This document shows, in pieces, positions 22,001 to 32,880 of a DNA stretch of 32,880 nt (positions are counted from its first letter, which is position 1; the number at the start of each line of letters is the position of its first letter). The notes beneath the pieces are model-generated. The model was not told the origin of the DNA. It saw only the letters and a list, made by a program, of their open reading frames with translations, and ran no database searches. The stretch spans positions 1 to 32,880 of the forward strand of contig JYFJ02004337.1 of the NCBI GenBank assembly GCA_000934665.2, in the 5' to 3' direction. A program made the translations under genes and the position numbers. The DNA comes from Catajapyx aquilonaris. Lineage: Eukaryota.

Positions 22001-24444
22001 CCAGGGTGTTGGAATGGAATTTGCTCGTCGCTACAGGCAAACTTGCCACGACATAAATGAGTGCGAGGATGGAAGGAACGGAGGGTGTGTCGCCAACTCA
22101 CAGTGCATCAACACTGAGGGCTCACACTATTGCGGCAACTGCGCTCAAGGGTATGTTGGGAACCAGACTGTCGGATGTCAGAACCATCCTGGTCTCTGTC
22201 CAGATGGAATCACCTTCTGCAGTGAGAGCGCCGACTGCATCTTCCACGCCTCGCTTGGGAGATACACCTGCAAAGTACTGCTGGTTACTCATGAGTCGCA
22301 ATCACATATTCAAACCATTATTGTTCATTACAGTGTAAGGTCGGGCTGGCTGGTGATGGAAGAGTTTGCGGTCGGGACTGGGATCTTGATGGATGGCCTG
22401 ATCAGGACCTTGGGTGTTCTGATAGGAAGTGCAGAAAGGTACGATATTGCTCTTACATACTATAGGTATCGCACAAAAACAAACTAATGATGAGCACATG
22501 TAACTTTTCTTAGGACAACTGTGTGTACACACCTAATTCAGGCCAGGAGGATGCAGACAGGGACGGAATAGGCGATGCCTGTGATCCTGATGCTGATAAC
22601 GACGGAATCCTCAACATCCCAGTGAGTCGTATTCCTTGGATTCACTAGGACCTGTTGTGCATGAATTAGCTTTTGGAAATATCACACATGCTTGCCATTG
22701 GCATTATTGTAGGACAACTGCCCACTGGTGTCGAATCCAGACCAGGCGGACACGGATGAGGATGGTCCAGACAACCAAGGTGATGCTTGCGACAACTGCC
22801 CAACCGTACCCAACGTTGATCAAGAGGACACAGACAGGGATGGTCTTGGGGATGCCTGCGATACCGACATTGACAATGATGGAATCCTCAATGGCCGGGA
22901 CAATTGCCTCAAAGTGGCTAACACTGACCAGAGGGACTCGGATCGGGATGGGGTAGGAGATGCTTGCGACAACTGCCCACGTGTGTCCAACTCAAACCAG
23001 GTTGACTCAGATCGGGATCTGGTTGGAGATGCCTGTGACACCAACGATGACGACGACAAGTGAGTTGCATTAATTGCCATCAAATGAGCCGGCCATTTAA
23101 CATTCCTCTTGTTGCAGTGATGGAATTCAGAACAACAGAGACAATTGTCCCAAGCAACCCAACGCTGATCAGACAGATCATGACAAAGATGGGTTTGGTG
23201 ATGAGTGTGATGACGACGACGACAATGACGGTGTCCCAGATGCTCATGACAACTGCCGGCTCAAGTACAATCCAGATCAGCTTGACGTTAACCCACGTAT
23301 GCTGTTGTTATGTTCAAACTTTAGTGATAGTTCTCCAATTCTGGTTACGAGACATTGAGAACATTACTTTTTTTTATTTTACAAAAAACAGATGATGGAA
23401 TTGGTGATGCATGCTATGGCAACTGGGATGATGACAACGAACCTGACATTACCGATAACTGTCCGAACAATTCCCTTATTTATGCTACGGATTTCCGGTA
23501 AGGCAATGCTATCATATAATACTACAAGGAGGGCAATTCAGTAACAAGTTACTTTCAGACAATACCAGACGGTGGTGCTTGACCCAGAGGGTGATTCTCA
23601 GATTGACCCTAACTGGGTGATATACAACGATGGTGCTGAGATTGTCCAGACGATGAACTCCGACCCTGGTCTGGCTGTCGGTTTCCACAAGTTCACTGGG
23701 GTTGACTTTGAGGGCACCTTCTACGTGGACACCGAGATAGACGATGACTATGTGGGCTTCATATTTGGCTACCAAAGTAACTCCCGGTTTTATACCGTCA
23801 TGTGGAAGAAGAACACTCAAACATACTGGCAAGCAACACCTTTCCGAGCAGTGGCCGAGCCCGGGATACAGCTCAAGCTTGTCATGTCAAACACTGGTCC
23901 AGGCCAGATGCTCAGGAATTCCCTCTGGAGGACTGGAGACACACCAAATCAGGTCCAGATATGCTAAATTAAAAGACCAAACAGGTTAAGAATTCCTGAC
24001 ATTAAATGTTTTGTATATTTGCAGGTCAAATTGTTGTGGAAGGACCCACGCAACGTGGGTTGGAAGGAGAAGGTTGCCTACCGCTGGCTCCTTCTCCATC
24101 GGCCGCGAATTGGACTGATTAGGTTGCGTATATTTGAAGGCGAGAACATGGTGGCAGATTCAGGAAACGTATTCGACAACACTCTCAACGGAGGAAGGCT
24201 CGGAGTGTTCTGCTTCTCCCAGGAGATGATCATCTGGTCGGATCTTGTCTACCGATGTAACGGTCAGTGTCATGTGCAAGCATGCCAAATCTTTTAAAAT
24301 ACACTTCAACATATGAGTTGACTAATTACAAAACATCTCATCTCAGATGCACTCCCAGAAGCCATATACCGAGAACTGCCACCACATCTACAGCAGCAGG
24401 TCTTCATTGACACCTTAACACCCTTGACTCCCAACAAAAAATAA
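16082..24444 (+). CDS. Tsp: Thrombospondin, pentameric (subgroup B-like; Drosophila Tsp and vertebrate TSP3/TSP4/COMP-like), 18 exons, 1044 aa
   Basis: GT-AG exons with consistent phases: 16082-16172, 16970-17140, 18823-19046, 19108-19243, 20398-20436, 20515-20588, 20813-20870, 21392-21559, 21615-21835, 21897-22274, 22334-22438, 22514-22621, 22713-23059, 23118-23296, 23392-23497, 23559-23952, 24025-24262, 24347-24444 (3135 nt). Domains: signal peptide (...LVNS-LPYDP), N-terminal laminin-G-like domain, RGD, coiled coil ending in CAMC, six EGF domains, Ca-binding type 3 repeats (DNCP..N.DQ.D.D.DG.GDACD), and C-terminal L-lectin domain ([53 protein letters not shown]). Confidence 0.96.
16690..16870. 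repeat. Degenerate ~30-bp tandem repeat with ATTGG(TC) and GTGAYGT cores in Tsp intron 1
   Basis: ATTGG at 16691, 16724, 16774, 16803, 16832 and 16863, most followed by GTGATGT, GTGACGT or GTGATGC. Confidence 0.65.
18569..18720 (+). mobile_element. tRNA-derived SINE (head plus body fragment) in Tsp intron 2
   Basis: A-box-like GTGACGCTGCGGT at about 18574 and B-box GGTTCGATCCC at 18618-18628 with Pol III spacing; no proper acceptor stem; right boundary uncertain. Confidence 0.65.
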
Positions 24445-24524
24445 ATAAAAAATCATCAACGTCCTAAACACTAACCAAATCCCATAATGTGGACTCTTAG
24501 ATCTGCTAAAAATATGGTAATAAA
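24440..24524 (+). terminator. Candidate polyadenylation signals of Tsp
   Basis: AATAAA hexamers overlapping the stop codon (24440, 24444) and at 24519. Confidence 0.35.
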
Positions 24525-24988
24525 AAGAAGTCTCTTTAAAAAGGGTCGCAAGGGTATTGATCAGTTAAAATACCCCTTTATTATTAAGTCACAGTGAAAA
24601 ATTGACAATAGTTAATATTAAACTGTATATATACGTAATCTGTTAAAGTTCCAACTTCCAAATGACATTGTGCACACGATTGAATTATTCCGGCCAGTAA
24701 CACTTTTTTCAGAATATCACCTAAAGAGGATGTAACAGAGGCAATAATTTATTCAAATCTATAGGCCAAACGATGCGGGCTATATACCTTATAGGTGGCA
24801 TTGTGTGCGGATTATTATTATTATTTTTTGCAATTTTGTAGCTGACCGAGTCAGCCCAAGAAAAATCATTTTTTCCCATGTTTGGTTTGTTATGCCGACA
24901 TGAAGGTTTATGACTTTATCCATTTTAGTATTCGTGTTTAACCGCCTCATAAAACTGCAATAATACACATTTTACTGCTTGTGGGACA

Positions 24989-25023
24989 CTTCATGGCTTA
25001 CCCAGTCTGGGCAAGCCATGAAG
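24989..25023. repeat. Near-perfect 35-bp palindrome
   Basis: CTTCATGGCTTACCCAG-T-CTGGGCAAGCCATGAAG; 17-bp arms, 1 mismatch. Confidence 0.85.
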
Positions 25024-25167
25024 CACAAAATAAAAGCATAAGTTAACTGCGGTGTAATTCTCATCCTATAGAGAAGGACGTCACTAAAATAATGCTGACG
25101 GGTTTTTAGGTGTCTCCTTCAAAGAAACTAATAATTATACAGGTTGTCACGTGCTTGGCTGACGCGA

Positions 25168-25450
25168 TCCTCATAATTATGTACAATCCTCAATGAAACG
25201 TCACCTTCCTTGAATGGACCTTAGGCAAGCCGGTTGTTGGATTTCTGAGAGGATTTAAAGGGCGAATCTCAAGTTCTATAATCTGAGACGACAGACACTC
25301 AACTGCACAGTCATAAAGTCACGGTTTACGTCCGGCCAAGGTACTTGCTGTAAGTACGGCTATTAGTCTACTTATACGACATTATTCTGCAGCCTCCGCG
25401 ATGTGTTTTAATTTCAGATTAATGGGTCGTTGTGGGGATCCCAGGTTTAA
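25168..25450 (+). repeat. Diverged dispersed repeat, copy 1 (pairs with 30310-30558)
   Basis: Shared collinear blocks: TACAATCCTCAAT, TTCCTTGA, TTGGATTTCTGAGAGG, TCTCAAGTT, AGACGACAG, TTGCTGTAAGTA, AATGGGTC, TGTGGGGAT. Confidence 0.8.
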
Positions 25451-25633
25451 TGACAATATTGTGATATCTATAGTATAGTTTTATGCAGTGTTCAAAACTG
25501 AGATGCATTGAGCGGGTCGCCAATGGCATCTGAAACATAGAGGTTAAGGGCGCCAAAACTGGATGTCTATAGTCGCCATTTTTTTGGCATTACTGTTCCA
25601 TGGCACAAACTTAATTGTATAAGCTATAGCGTT

Positions 25634-28080
25634 GGGTCATTTTCAATTTTTTTGCCATTTGCTGTGTCAATGTAGAAAAAAAAACAATTAATAACTGTGA
25701 CCAATCCTGCAAGTCATTTTACATTTACGTGAAAGAGACATTCATATGTGCTCATTTGATATCAAAAACATGGATTAGAATATTCATTCAGTCAAATGTA
25801 ACTAAATAAAAAATGATGAAAAGTGTATGGAAATGAGGTGAAGCCGATAGCAAGATTAGCTCTTTGTGAATTTCATACAGCTGTGTCAGTACCCGGATTT
25901 TGGAACAATTTTTTTTAACGCTTGTTATCATTGGATACCCCAAAAGTTTATACATATCACTGCCATTTAACATATAACTAAATCTAAGTCATTTAAGGAT
26001 GTGAAGCGTGACTCTGTCACACTCTGTTACCATCATTCTGACTAGCACCCTTGCTGAAATAATCGCTCAAAATAGGCCAGCAAAATGCCCAAGTGCAGCA
26101 TATTAGATTCAGTCGAAACTCTCGAAAGGGAATCCTTCGTCAGTTGGGAGTAGTTGAGTGCTGGACAAGGAGGACAAGGCGGGCCATGTTTTCTCTCAAG
26201 GTTGCTGCGTATTTTTTCTGCCTGTCACGTATGTTACCTTCTTAAATCCTATTCCACTGCATGTAATTGTCAAAGCTGAATTGAGCTTGTTGCATACTAA
26301 GGTCCCACCTCTTCAGGTACATAACTTTTCATGAAAACAAATATAGTCTGCGATGAAAAAATTATTACATTCAATTTGTCACTGTCTGTTACTGTCACGT
26401 ATGTAACCTACCATAGAGTAACATATGTGAGAATGATGACACAGTCTATTATGCTGTAAGGCAGAGCAGCCTAACAGCTGTTTGATTTCATATCGCAGCC
26501 GTTGGGAATGCATATTCGTAAGCACCCATGATGTTGCCTATTATTGTCACCAACAGTAAGCAACAGTTATGGTTGTGATGGAAGTTATGATGGTTATATA
26601 ATAATACGCCTAAGGCGTGGCCCATGCGTGTGAGGATGGTTTCCCAATAGCTGCTACGATGACATCAAACAGAAGTTAGGCTGTTCAGCCTATAATTGTA
26701 TTTAGATCATATTCAGATATAGGCTTCTCAGAGAACTATTCGTGTAAGCTAAGCCAGGAAGTCCAATACTACCATTTTGGAGGATCGCGTTCACAGGCAA
26801 CATTGCACACAGGGGTCCTGTACCTTGCAGGACAGAGGCCACTTTCTTTTGCATCGATATCTGCCTGTCATGACCATAGCCCACCAGCCATATGAGCACA
26901 CATGTCCCATGTGATCCACTACTTAAAAGAGATTGCACCAGAGGAGAATACACTACATTTTTTTTCTGATGGACCTTCTTCCACACAATACAGGCAGAAG
27001 AAAAACTTCCTTTTCTCCAATAAATTATTGCTTCTGGGAGAGGGATTTCAAAACGGAACATGGTCGTTTTTTGAGGCAGGACATGGGAATGGGGCTTCCG
27101 ATGGGATAGTGGGGTGTCTGAAGTGCCCAGCTGATGCACAAGTACCCCATGGAAAAGATATGTCTGATGCCAAAGCATTATATGATCATTTGAAGAATGC
27201 CACTTATGTGAAATTGTTTTAAGTTACTGAGAATGAAGTAGACTCTGTGTCAAAAAATGTCCCATCATGTATTCCAACTCTGAAAGGTACCATGGCTGTC
27301 CACCAAGTTATGTGCACAACACTGGGACAGTTATAGGTTATAGAGACGTGTCATGCTTCCGTGAAGAAAAAGAAGGATTTTGTGATTGTTATAATCCTGG
27401 ATTAAATTTTCTTGGTTGTCCCTTGTCAGCCTCAGATGATACATGATATGTCCATCCTCATATACGGTATAGAAAATGTGAATCAAGTTCTGTGGTATGA
27501 TTCATCATATTGCTATTATCATTTCTTGAAATGAGGAGTTGTCACATCTGTTACTAAATGTCACATCTGCTACCCTGGTGAGTCTTTACCATAGCATTAG
27601 AGTGGTATGAGGTACTGTTAATTAAAGTATAGTAAATGAAAGCCTCCCAGATGCCTGACATATTTAAAAATATTACACCTATGTGCATGAGCTTCGTAAC
27701 TCTGAGTCGTAAGTGAAACTTTGTGCAATTTTAATAATTCTCGTTCCTATCCACAACAAATGAGCCTAATATCCTGTTTCCTGTAAATAAAAAACAATAT
27801 ACTCTCACGAGATTGGTGCTCTCCGCCGCATGGGAGCATTAAAACTTCAAGATTACGTATACAATGGCTTTTTTTTTTAAAACATCCAAACGATGGTAAC
27901 AGAAGTGACAAAGGATGCCACTATCCACTGTTAAATATGTAATATCAATTAAACTTCTCCCACCATATCATGTCCAACATGGGATTAAAATAGTGCAGAT
28001 GATTCCAAAAACCGTGAGGTTTAGGTTTCATATTTCGCATACAAATATCTGGATTTGCGCCAAAAGAATGAAAATGACCC
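25634..28080 (+). mobile_element. Decayed DNA transposon, Sola2-like, about 2.45 kb
   Basis: Imperfect TIRs starting GGGTCATTTTCA (25634-25655 and 28059-28080, 19/22 match); recurring TGTCAC.T.TGTTACC motifs near 26015, 26223, 26393, 27540, 27559 and inverted at 27895; internal transposase remnant. No clear TSD. Confidence 0.72.
26742..27400 (+). pseudogene. Degraded DDD transposase (Sola2-like)
   Basis: Translates as CKLSQEVQYYHFGGSRSQATLHTGVLY...SF / HDHSPPAI*AHM...LHFFSDGPSSTQYRQKKNF...WSFFEAGHGNGASDGIVGCLK...LKGTMAVHQV, with stops and frameshifts. The motifs match the SDG..QY / WxFF..GHGKG..DGxGGxxK transposase pattern; the superfamily label is from recall. Confidence 0.82.
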
Positions 28081-28253
28081 GTCAACGTCAATGGCACTTT
28101 CTTATTCTTAAGCTCACATTTTAAATAACAATTGACGCGTTGACATCAGAAAGTCACAAATAATTTTTTTACAGGCGCTATAGGGAAAAAGCCTGCTTTG
28201 AGAACACCGTAAACTCTGTGCAACAGAACTATAGTATAGGCCTACTATAATTA

Positions 28254-29119
28254 TCTATATCTATAAATAAGGAAGTTTGTCAGATGTTTGTCCCTTATAG
28301 AAATCCTGGGGAAGGCCCCTACACCGCCTTAAATTAGCATATCGGGGGTTACATTTTTCAAGGAATTTAATGCCGCATGTTTCAGCTTCCGAAAATGTAC
28401 CTAACTCCCACAACACGCATATTCCCGAATCTTCTCTCTTCTCGGGCCTTAACAATTAACTTACAACAATATATCAATTCAAATTCCCATGGAAATGCCC
28501 TTATGCAAGTTCAATACCTAGCAAATTAAACCATCGACGGTAAATTCAACGCATGCACCAATTGCGCTAATAATTGGCACCTCACGTCAGTTCGTATCGT
28601 ATGGTCATTCCGGATTTTGTGGGATTAGAAAGTAGACTTCCAGACAAAAATAAATACAATAAAATAATACAGTATTTACTAATATTACTCCGTGTTGAAA
28701 ATATTTCTTCCACCATGCATCTGTACGTCTGTACGTACATTTCTAGAGTTCTTCAAAGCAAACATATGAAACGAGATGGAGGTGTGAAGTGGGGTTGGGG
28801 GGTCAAGGGGTCAAAAATGCAGGGGGAAAAAACACACGGCTGTGCAGTCTTTTCTTGGGCCAACTCCATCCGCAATCCTCTTTTTACACATCCAATCAGA
28901 ATATCTGTGTCGACTATACACTATAAGACAAGCAGGTAATCTATCACAGAGAGTGACAAACTTTGGCTTATTGCAACTTATAAGGCCTATTTTAAGACAT
29001 ATCGAGTTTCGAGTGTACGGAAGGGAAATTTTTACAAACAAACACACTTCCTAAAATAGTGTATATGTACCCCTTACCAGCACCCCAACATACCCGGGCA
29101 ACGCCGGGTAACCTGCTAG
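28254..29119 (+). mobile_element. Non-autonomous Helitron, 866 bp, both ends intact
   Basis: 5' end A|TCTATATCTATAAATAAGGAAGTTTGTC; 3' hairpin TACCCGG-GCAACG-CCGGGTA (29091-29110) followed by CTAG|T (29116-29120); inserted between A and T with no TSD. Confidence 0.85.
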
Positions 29120-29622
29120 TATACAATAGATGTTAGCATTCATGATTTATTTTAAGTCAAGTACTTTTCATAAGCTTCCTCCATCCTTATACACATTTAC
29201 AATACATGCAACATAATGTTCATTTGACAAAATGACGAATTCGACATTATTTTTTGCTAAAATCAGATTATGGCATCTTACACCACCGTCTATAGTGTTG
29301 GGTCACATTCTGACAAAATGGCGAGCACGTGGAACGCGTCAGAGTCACGTCAAAAAATCAAAAGGGCATCCAATGTTCTTGTATCTCGGTCTGCAGGTTT
29401 TTTTTAAGCTCTCCGGTAAAATTAGGCGATTTTTGAATTCGCAGTCCTTTTGTCACTGATCAACGACGAGTTATCACCAAAACAAAACCCCCGCAGTTTA
29501 TGGAATAATGATTTGTAATGTAATAATACCTTAAACATGAACTCATCAGGCCAACAGGCCCCTTTACAAAATGTATAGGCTACATGCACAAAAGGATGGC
29601 AGCACAATAATTATTAAAGGTA

Positions 29623-29770
29623 AGGTGAAGTGGGGGAAGTCCACACCCGGGGTAAGCTGCACAGTGCAGCTACATAGCTGACGCGTTTTGGTGTCGTCAG
29701 TCATTTTCATTCCAATATGGCGGCACAATATGTGCGCTTACCCCGGGTGTGCACTTCCCCCACTTCACCT
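29623..29770. mobile_element. MITE, 148 bp, ~40-bp TIRs, TA TSD (Tc1/mariner-pogo-like)
   Basis: AGGTGAAGTGGGGGAAGTCCACACCCGGGGTAAGCTGCACA against the reverse complement of 29731-29770 (1 mismatch, 1 indel); TA at 29621-29622 and 29771-29772. Confidence 0.88.
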
Positions 29771-29933
29771 TACTTACCTTAAGTTACATCAATTATGCAT
29801 TTACAACCTACCGTTCATTAAGTCATCACGCAAGAGTAACAATCTCGTTGTCTAAAACTCGTCTGATAAAGGTGTCCAAAAACTGTGGGAACTTTTACTG
29901 TGAAATGTTGCATGTGCAATAATATAGTAAAGG

Positions 29934-30071
29934 TCTATAATTATTATAGATGTAGGCTTATATAGATGTATATTATAGGGCTTATTATAGGCTATAAGGC
30001 TATAAGGCTATAAGGCTATGGCTATAAGGCTATATAGGTATATTATAGGCTTATTATAGATGTAGGCTTAT
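29934..30071. repeat. Low-complexity minisatellite built from GCTATAAG and TTATTATAG(ATGTA)GGC units
   Basis: Read directly; TTATTATAGATGTAGGCTTAT occurs at both ends. Confidence 0.8.
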
Positions 30072-30309
30072 GAAGAGAGCTTGACTTCAGATATAATTAT
30101 CATGAATCATTGTAGTCTTGTTGCAACGGTAATGTGGATTGTGCCAAAATGAATATTCGAATTGTTGGAAAGAATAAAAAATAACGTCATCATTCTGAAG
30201 CTCTCTAATATGCATATTTCCGAATAGGCTTATTGGCAAAGTGCTGTCGTACGCCATACATTTCCGATTGTTTCTAAAGCTTAAAAAAAGCCGACTGAAT
30301 GCGTGTAAC

Positions 30310-30558
30310 TCCTCACAATGTTACAATCCTCAATAAAACTGCTGTCGCATTCCTTGATTTGACGTTAGATAAGCTGGTTATTGGATTTCTGAGAGGCTTT
30401 AAAAGGGAGGACTCTCAAGTTATAGTGTCAGACGACAGGAACTCAAAAGCACATCAAGTCGCGTTGTATACGTCTAGCGAAGTTACATTTGCTGTAAGTA
30501 TAGCTATTTTGGTTTTCGATGAATGGGTCTGAGTCGGTGTGGGGATGCCAGGCTTATT
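30310..30558 (+). repeat. Diverged dispersed repeat, copy 2 (pairs with 25168-25450)
   Basis: Same collinear blocks as copy 1. Confidence 0.8.
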
Positions 30559-31160
30559 GGAATGGCGTAAGGCCGTAAGCTGTATAGGCTACCAGTATAC
30601 AACTATACCCGAAAAATACAGTGAAATTTTTAAATATACAGTAGTCAGAGAATGATGATGATTATTATTATAATGAATAGATCCTCACCTCTCCTCCTCC
30701 CTCTCCATGTCACATACAATGAAAGGACCCCTTCCCTACTCCCCAATTTCTGGAGTCTAAACAGTCAACATGGTGGCATGATTGATTGTTTTACTGTGAA
30801 CCCCATGGTTGCGTCCCAAATGAACCCATAAAATATTGTGCTCTTTCCGTGTCTCGGGTTACACCAGCCAAAAGAAAAAAAAGGTAAGGGCTTTTCACAT
30901 GTTTAATTAATTACAAAAACAAGGCGTCCTACGCGAAAGTCGCTTCGCCTATAGCAACCCGTGTTGAATAAATCAACAACAATGCGTTCAGCCGCTGGGC
31001 ACCGTCACTGCGGAAGCGACTGAGTTTAACAACCACCTGTTTACCTCCACTGCGGCAGCCGCTGAGTTTAGCAACGTCCTCCATGCCCATCCCCATGTTC
31101 TGCATATGTCAGGTTATCAAGTGAAAAGCCAAGGATATAAGGAACAGTTTGGAAAGATTT

Positions 31161-31938
31161 TTAATTCCTCAGGAACATGTTGAAGCCACGGAGAGCCATC
31201 CAGACAGAGAGGAGGAGGAACTGGCCCACGACGAAGGGTGAGGTAGTCTTCTGGGGGTTACCGGCGTTGCACAAATCCCCTGAGCACATGCACGCGGTCG
31301 ACCCGTCTTCAATCATGCAATCCTTGAACTGGTTATAGTACTTGTCTGATGCTTCCACACAGGCATAGGTGATCTCACCTTCGGATACAGAAAAGGATCC
31401 GTGAATGGGTCATCGTACTACAATGGTCTAGTGCTGTCCTTGTTGTTGTTGTCCCCCCCCCCCCACCNCCCAAAAAAAAAGGAGAGAGGCATTCATGAGC
31501 AATATTGTGGCCTGGAATACCTCCGTGGCATGAGTCCGCAGTGTCGCGCGAGTTCACCCTTCACCCTGTATGTGTATATAGCCCGTCATACGTATAATAC
31601 TGTTGTACTGTACGCAATGCTTACCTTTCATGTTTGACTTTAAGCAGTAGAAGGAGCATTCTTCACGATCATGTTTGCAAAAGGGTACTGATGAGGACGA
31701 GGAGCAGTTGTACACCACTTCTTTCTTGACTTCGTCCTTGCACACACCTTTGCACCCGTATTCGTAGCACCTCAGACCGTTGGCTGCGGACAAGAACAAT
31801 CGTTGAGTGGTAACAAAAGCACGGAAACTGCACACAGTGTGCATGGTATGGCTCACCTGTGGAAGCCACCAAGGCCAAGACAAGGAAGGCCAGGAGGAGG
31901 AGGCGGCGGCCCCTCCCCCCCCAACCGGGCAGCATCAT
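31161..31938 (-). CDS. Ly6/uPAR three-finger (Quiver/sleepless-like) GPI-anchored protein, 152 aa, 3 coding exons
   Basis: Exons 31938-31857 (signal peptide MMLPGWGGRGRRLLLLAFLVLALVAST), 31783-31625 (ANGLRCYEYGCKGVC...CSFYCLKSNMK) and 31378-31161 (GEITYAC...DC...ACMCSGDLCNAG...hydrophobic tail). Both introns are phase-1 GT-AG. Diagnostic LRCY start and CxCxxDLCN end. Confidence 0.88.
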
Positions 31939-32880
31939 AGTCTCAGCTGGCCCCTGGAACACCAGGGAGGTCATCCTGCTGGCGACGGCTGCCGCTGGTC
32001 TTTCTGAGCAGGGATTTCACCTCTCTCGGGGCTTCTCAACCACGACCTGCTTCCCCGCTGACCTTATTCCAACTGACAGGAATTATTCCAAACAGAATCA
32101 GCATCAACAAACCCATGGAGACATCATTGTTGCCAGGTTGTTGTCCCCAGCTATACCGCGCTGCCTTGTCAACGCGCCCAACATTCTAACGTCGCTGTGT
32201 ATACTGCATAGGGCACTGTCGCTATATACAGGGAACGCTACAGGGAATGTTTGGAACCAAAGTGTTTGGAACGCCTGGAAGGGGAGGCGGTGCAACAAAC
32301 AATGAGCATATAAACAAACATAAACAATGGTTGCCAATCATCATTGTCGCCATGGCTGTCGAGTTGCATAGATACTGAACATGTAACTGGAATTTTGCCT
32401 TGAGTCGTATCACAATGACGTGAGGGGTTGATTAACATTGGCCAACAATGGTTTTGTTACAATAACAATTTTAACTGTTTCTGATAATAATTATGGGATA
32501 TTAGTATAGGCGCTGATTCCAAATATGACGAAGTCAGAAAGTGTTCATCACGCTCAATTTTTCTGCAACAGACCTACAACTTACCTACCTTATTTTGCAA
32601 AAAAAAAAAAAACTGCACATCGATTATTATCACTACGGTAATAAATTGGTCTACAATGGTTTTGTTACGTGAGCTGTTTATTATTCTTTACTTAAGAGGG
32701 CCGGGTACCTGGCGACCGCGCCACTTTTCAGGCAAAGCGAGGAGAAAAACGGGTGCGGATTCATCGTCTTCGTTCGACATATCCTCGCTCCTATGGGAGG
32801 TACGGACATGCGGTTTTTTGCGTTGCACGGAGGGATGACCGGCGCTGCCTCCGGTCTTAGTCCGGTCCGGATCGGCCCAC

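Noticed and set aside
21247..23989. Overlapping alternative-frame and antisense ORFs within Tsp
   Set aside because: Shadows of the GC-rich, repetitive Tsp exons.
29934..30071. CRISPR-like or other structured array
   Set aside because: Low-complexity slippage repeat without unique spacers, in a eukaryotic context.
31512..31566. Extra Ly6 exon (VKGELARHCGLMPR) in intron 2
   Set aside because: Phase is incompatible (immediate TGA after a phase-1 junction), and the gene is complete without it.
32692..32880. CpG-rich segment starting TTAA|GAGGG (TE end or promoter)
   Set aside because: Truncated by the window edge; no partner TIR or other evidence to classify it.

Overview
Eukaryotic genomic DNA, most likely from an arthropod and possibly a crustacean (inferred from the Drosophila-like thrombospondin architecture and CCTAA/TTAGG repeats). 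Four protein-coding genes can be reconstructed: (1) an F-box/LRR protein (+, 2278-3507, CDS essentially one exon); (2) a convergent BC-box/LRR protein (-, 6535-8037, single coding exon); (3) a complete 18-exon pentameric-type thrombospondin (+, 16082-24444, 1044 aa), whose RGD motif is assembled across a splice junction by a 39-nt micro-exon; (4) a three-exon GPI-anchored Ly6/uPAR (Quiver-like) three-finger protein (-, 31161-31938, 152 aa). Intergenic and intronic DNA holds a decayed Sola2-like DNA transposon, a complete non-autonomous Helitron, several MITEs, a tRNA-derived SINE head, microsatellites, a perfect 86-bp fold-back next to (TA)41, and several near-perfect short palindromes. Most short ORFs in the supplied track are spurious. 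No prokaryote-type system (CRISPR etc.) is present. The best candidates for something new are the pair of intron-poor LRR ubiquitin-ligase adaptors and the fold-back repeat family at 470-1351. All calls were made by eye without database searches.
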